Source: Candidatus Pelagibacterales bacterium (GTDB lineage Bacteria; Pseudomonadota; Alphaproteobacteria; Pelagibacterales; Pelagibacteraceae). From it: 64,000 nucleotides of DNA. The notes beneath the pieces are model-generated. The model saw only the letters and a list, made by a program, of their open reading frames with translations. It searched no databases and had not been told where the DNA came from. The DNA lies in contig CBDEAP010000007.1 of assembly GCA_965236125.1 (NCBI GenBank), positions 2,685 to 66,684 of the forward strand. The letters are read 5' to 3'. This document shows, piece after piece, positions 63,011 to 64,000 of the stretch (its first letter is position 1; the number at the start of each line of letters is the position of its first letter). The translations under genes and the position numbers were made by a program.

Positions 63011-64000
63011 TAATGAATAATATTCATTCTAGCTTTTTTTCCTAGTTGTTCTTCGATACGTAATAATTGATTATATTTTGCTACTCTTTCAGATCTTGCG
63101 AGGGATCCTGTCTTTATTTGATTTGAATTAGTGCCAACAGCTAAATCTGCAATGAATGTATCTTCGCTGTCACCAGAACGATGTGAAATAATTGTTTGAA
63201 AACCAATAGTTTGAGCAAATTTAATTACATCCAATGTTTCTGATACAGTACCAATTTGGTTTAGTTTAATTAAAATTGCATTTGACGAGAGGTTTAAAAA
63301 ACCTTTTTTTAGTCTTTCTAAATTAGTCACATATAGATCATCACCAACAATTTGGACTTTAGAAATATTTTTCATCAGTTTATTCCAAGCATTCCAATCA
63401 TTTTCAGCAAATGGGTCTTCTATAGATTTAATTTTATATTTCTTAATAATTTTTTTGTACTCTTTTATTGATGCGTCAACTGAAATATATTTAGAACTAT
63501 GAATTGAATATTTATTTTTTTTTAATAATTCATTGGCTGCAACATCAAGGCAAATGCTTACATCTACTCCATTTTTAAAGCCTGCCTTTTTAATAGCAGA
63601 AACAATTAAGTCTAACGCTTGATTATTACTACTAATCATTGGAGCAAAACCACCTTCGTCACCGACGGAAGTTGATAAACCATGACCGTTTTATCAATTT
63701 ACTTAGTTGTTTAATAACCAAAAAACACATTTGCATTGCTTCAGAAAAAGATTTGGCTTTATCTGGCCTAATCATAAATTCTTGGATACGCAAACCATTA
63801 TTAGCATGAGCGCCACCATTAATAATATTCATTAATGGATAAGGTAATTTAAAATTATCTTTCACAAAAAAAGATTTGTACAATGGTAAACCCTTTTCTT
63901 TTGCTGAAAGTTTTTTTACAGCCATAGATATTGCTAAAATAGCATTAGCACCAAGTAGACTTTTTTGACGTGTTCCATCTAAATTAATTAAAGTTGTATC
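63010..64000 (-). CDS. eno: Enolase, 5' end outside window, one extra base at 63686-63688
   Basis: LGANAILA, NIINGGAHA, GDEGGFAP, SHRSGDSED, QIKTGS. Confidence 0.96.

Noticed and set aside
43418-64000. Pseudogenes or programmed frameshifting in ilvD, valS, aapQ, trkH, ispDF, cinA, ratA, eno
   Set aside because: All are +1 insertions clustered in one part of the window, they hit essential genes, and the sequences show no other decay; sequencing error is far more likely.

Overview
Very AT-rich, extremely compact alphaproteobacterial chromosome segment. Gene content, protein sequences and near-zero intergenic spacing point to the SAR11 clade (Candidatus Pelagibacter or a relative); this is an inference. 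Most of the window is conserved housekeeping: metG-holB-tmk-dacA-rlpA-mltB, recG, tgt-coaD-gyrA-ssb/uvrA, secDF-yajC-serS-tatABC-scpAB-nagZ-argS-dgt, ilvD-valS, a general L-amino-acid ABC transporter, trkAH-ntrYX, ispDF-pgpA-cinA, lipA-ftsB-eno, and five tRNAs. A nutrient-acquisition block lies between xth and ilvD (about 33-43.4 kb). It holds a complete phoR/pstSCAB-phoU-phoB locus with Pho boxes and a small Zur-type cassette. The cassette is the best candidate for an undescribed system. A perfect 20-bp palindrome made of overlapping Zur-like boxes also forms a bidirectional extended -10 promoter. It drives a probably leaderless zur plus a His-rich 3-TM membrane protein (tentatively TMEM65/VIT1-like) on one side and a 73-aa 3-TM protein on the other, with no znuABC present. 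Other points of note are a GC3-rich hairpin-forming patch inside ilvD, a minimal FtsN-like gene after argS, and nine +1 frameshifts in eight genes, all beyond 44 kb and most likely sequencing errors. No CRISPR, IS element, prophage or rRNA was seen.
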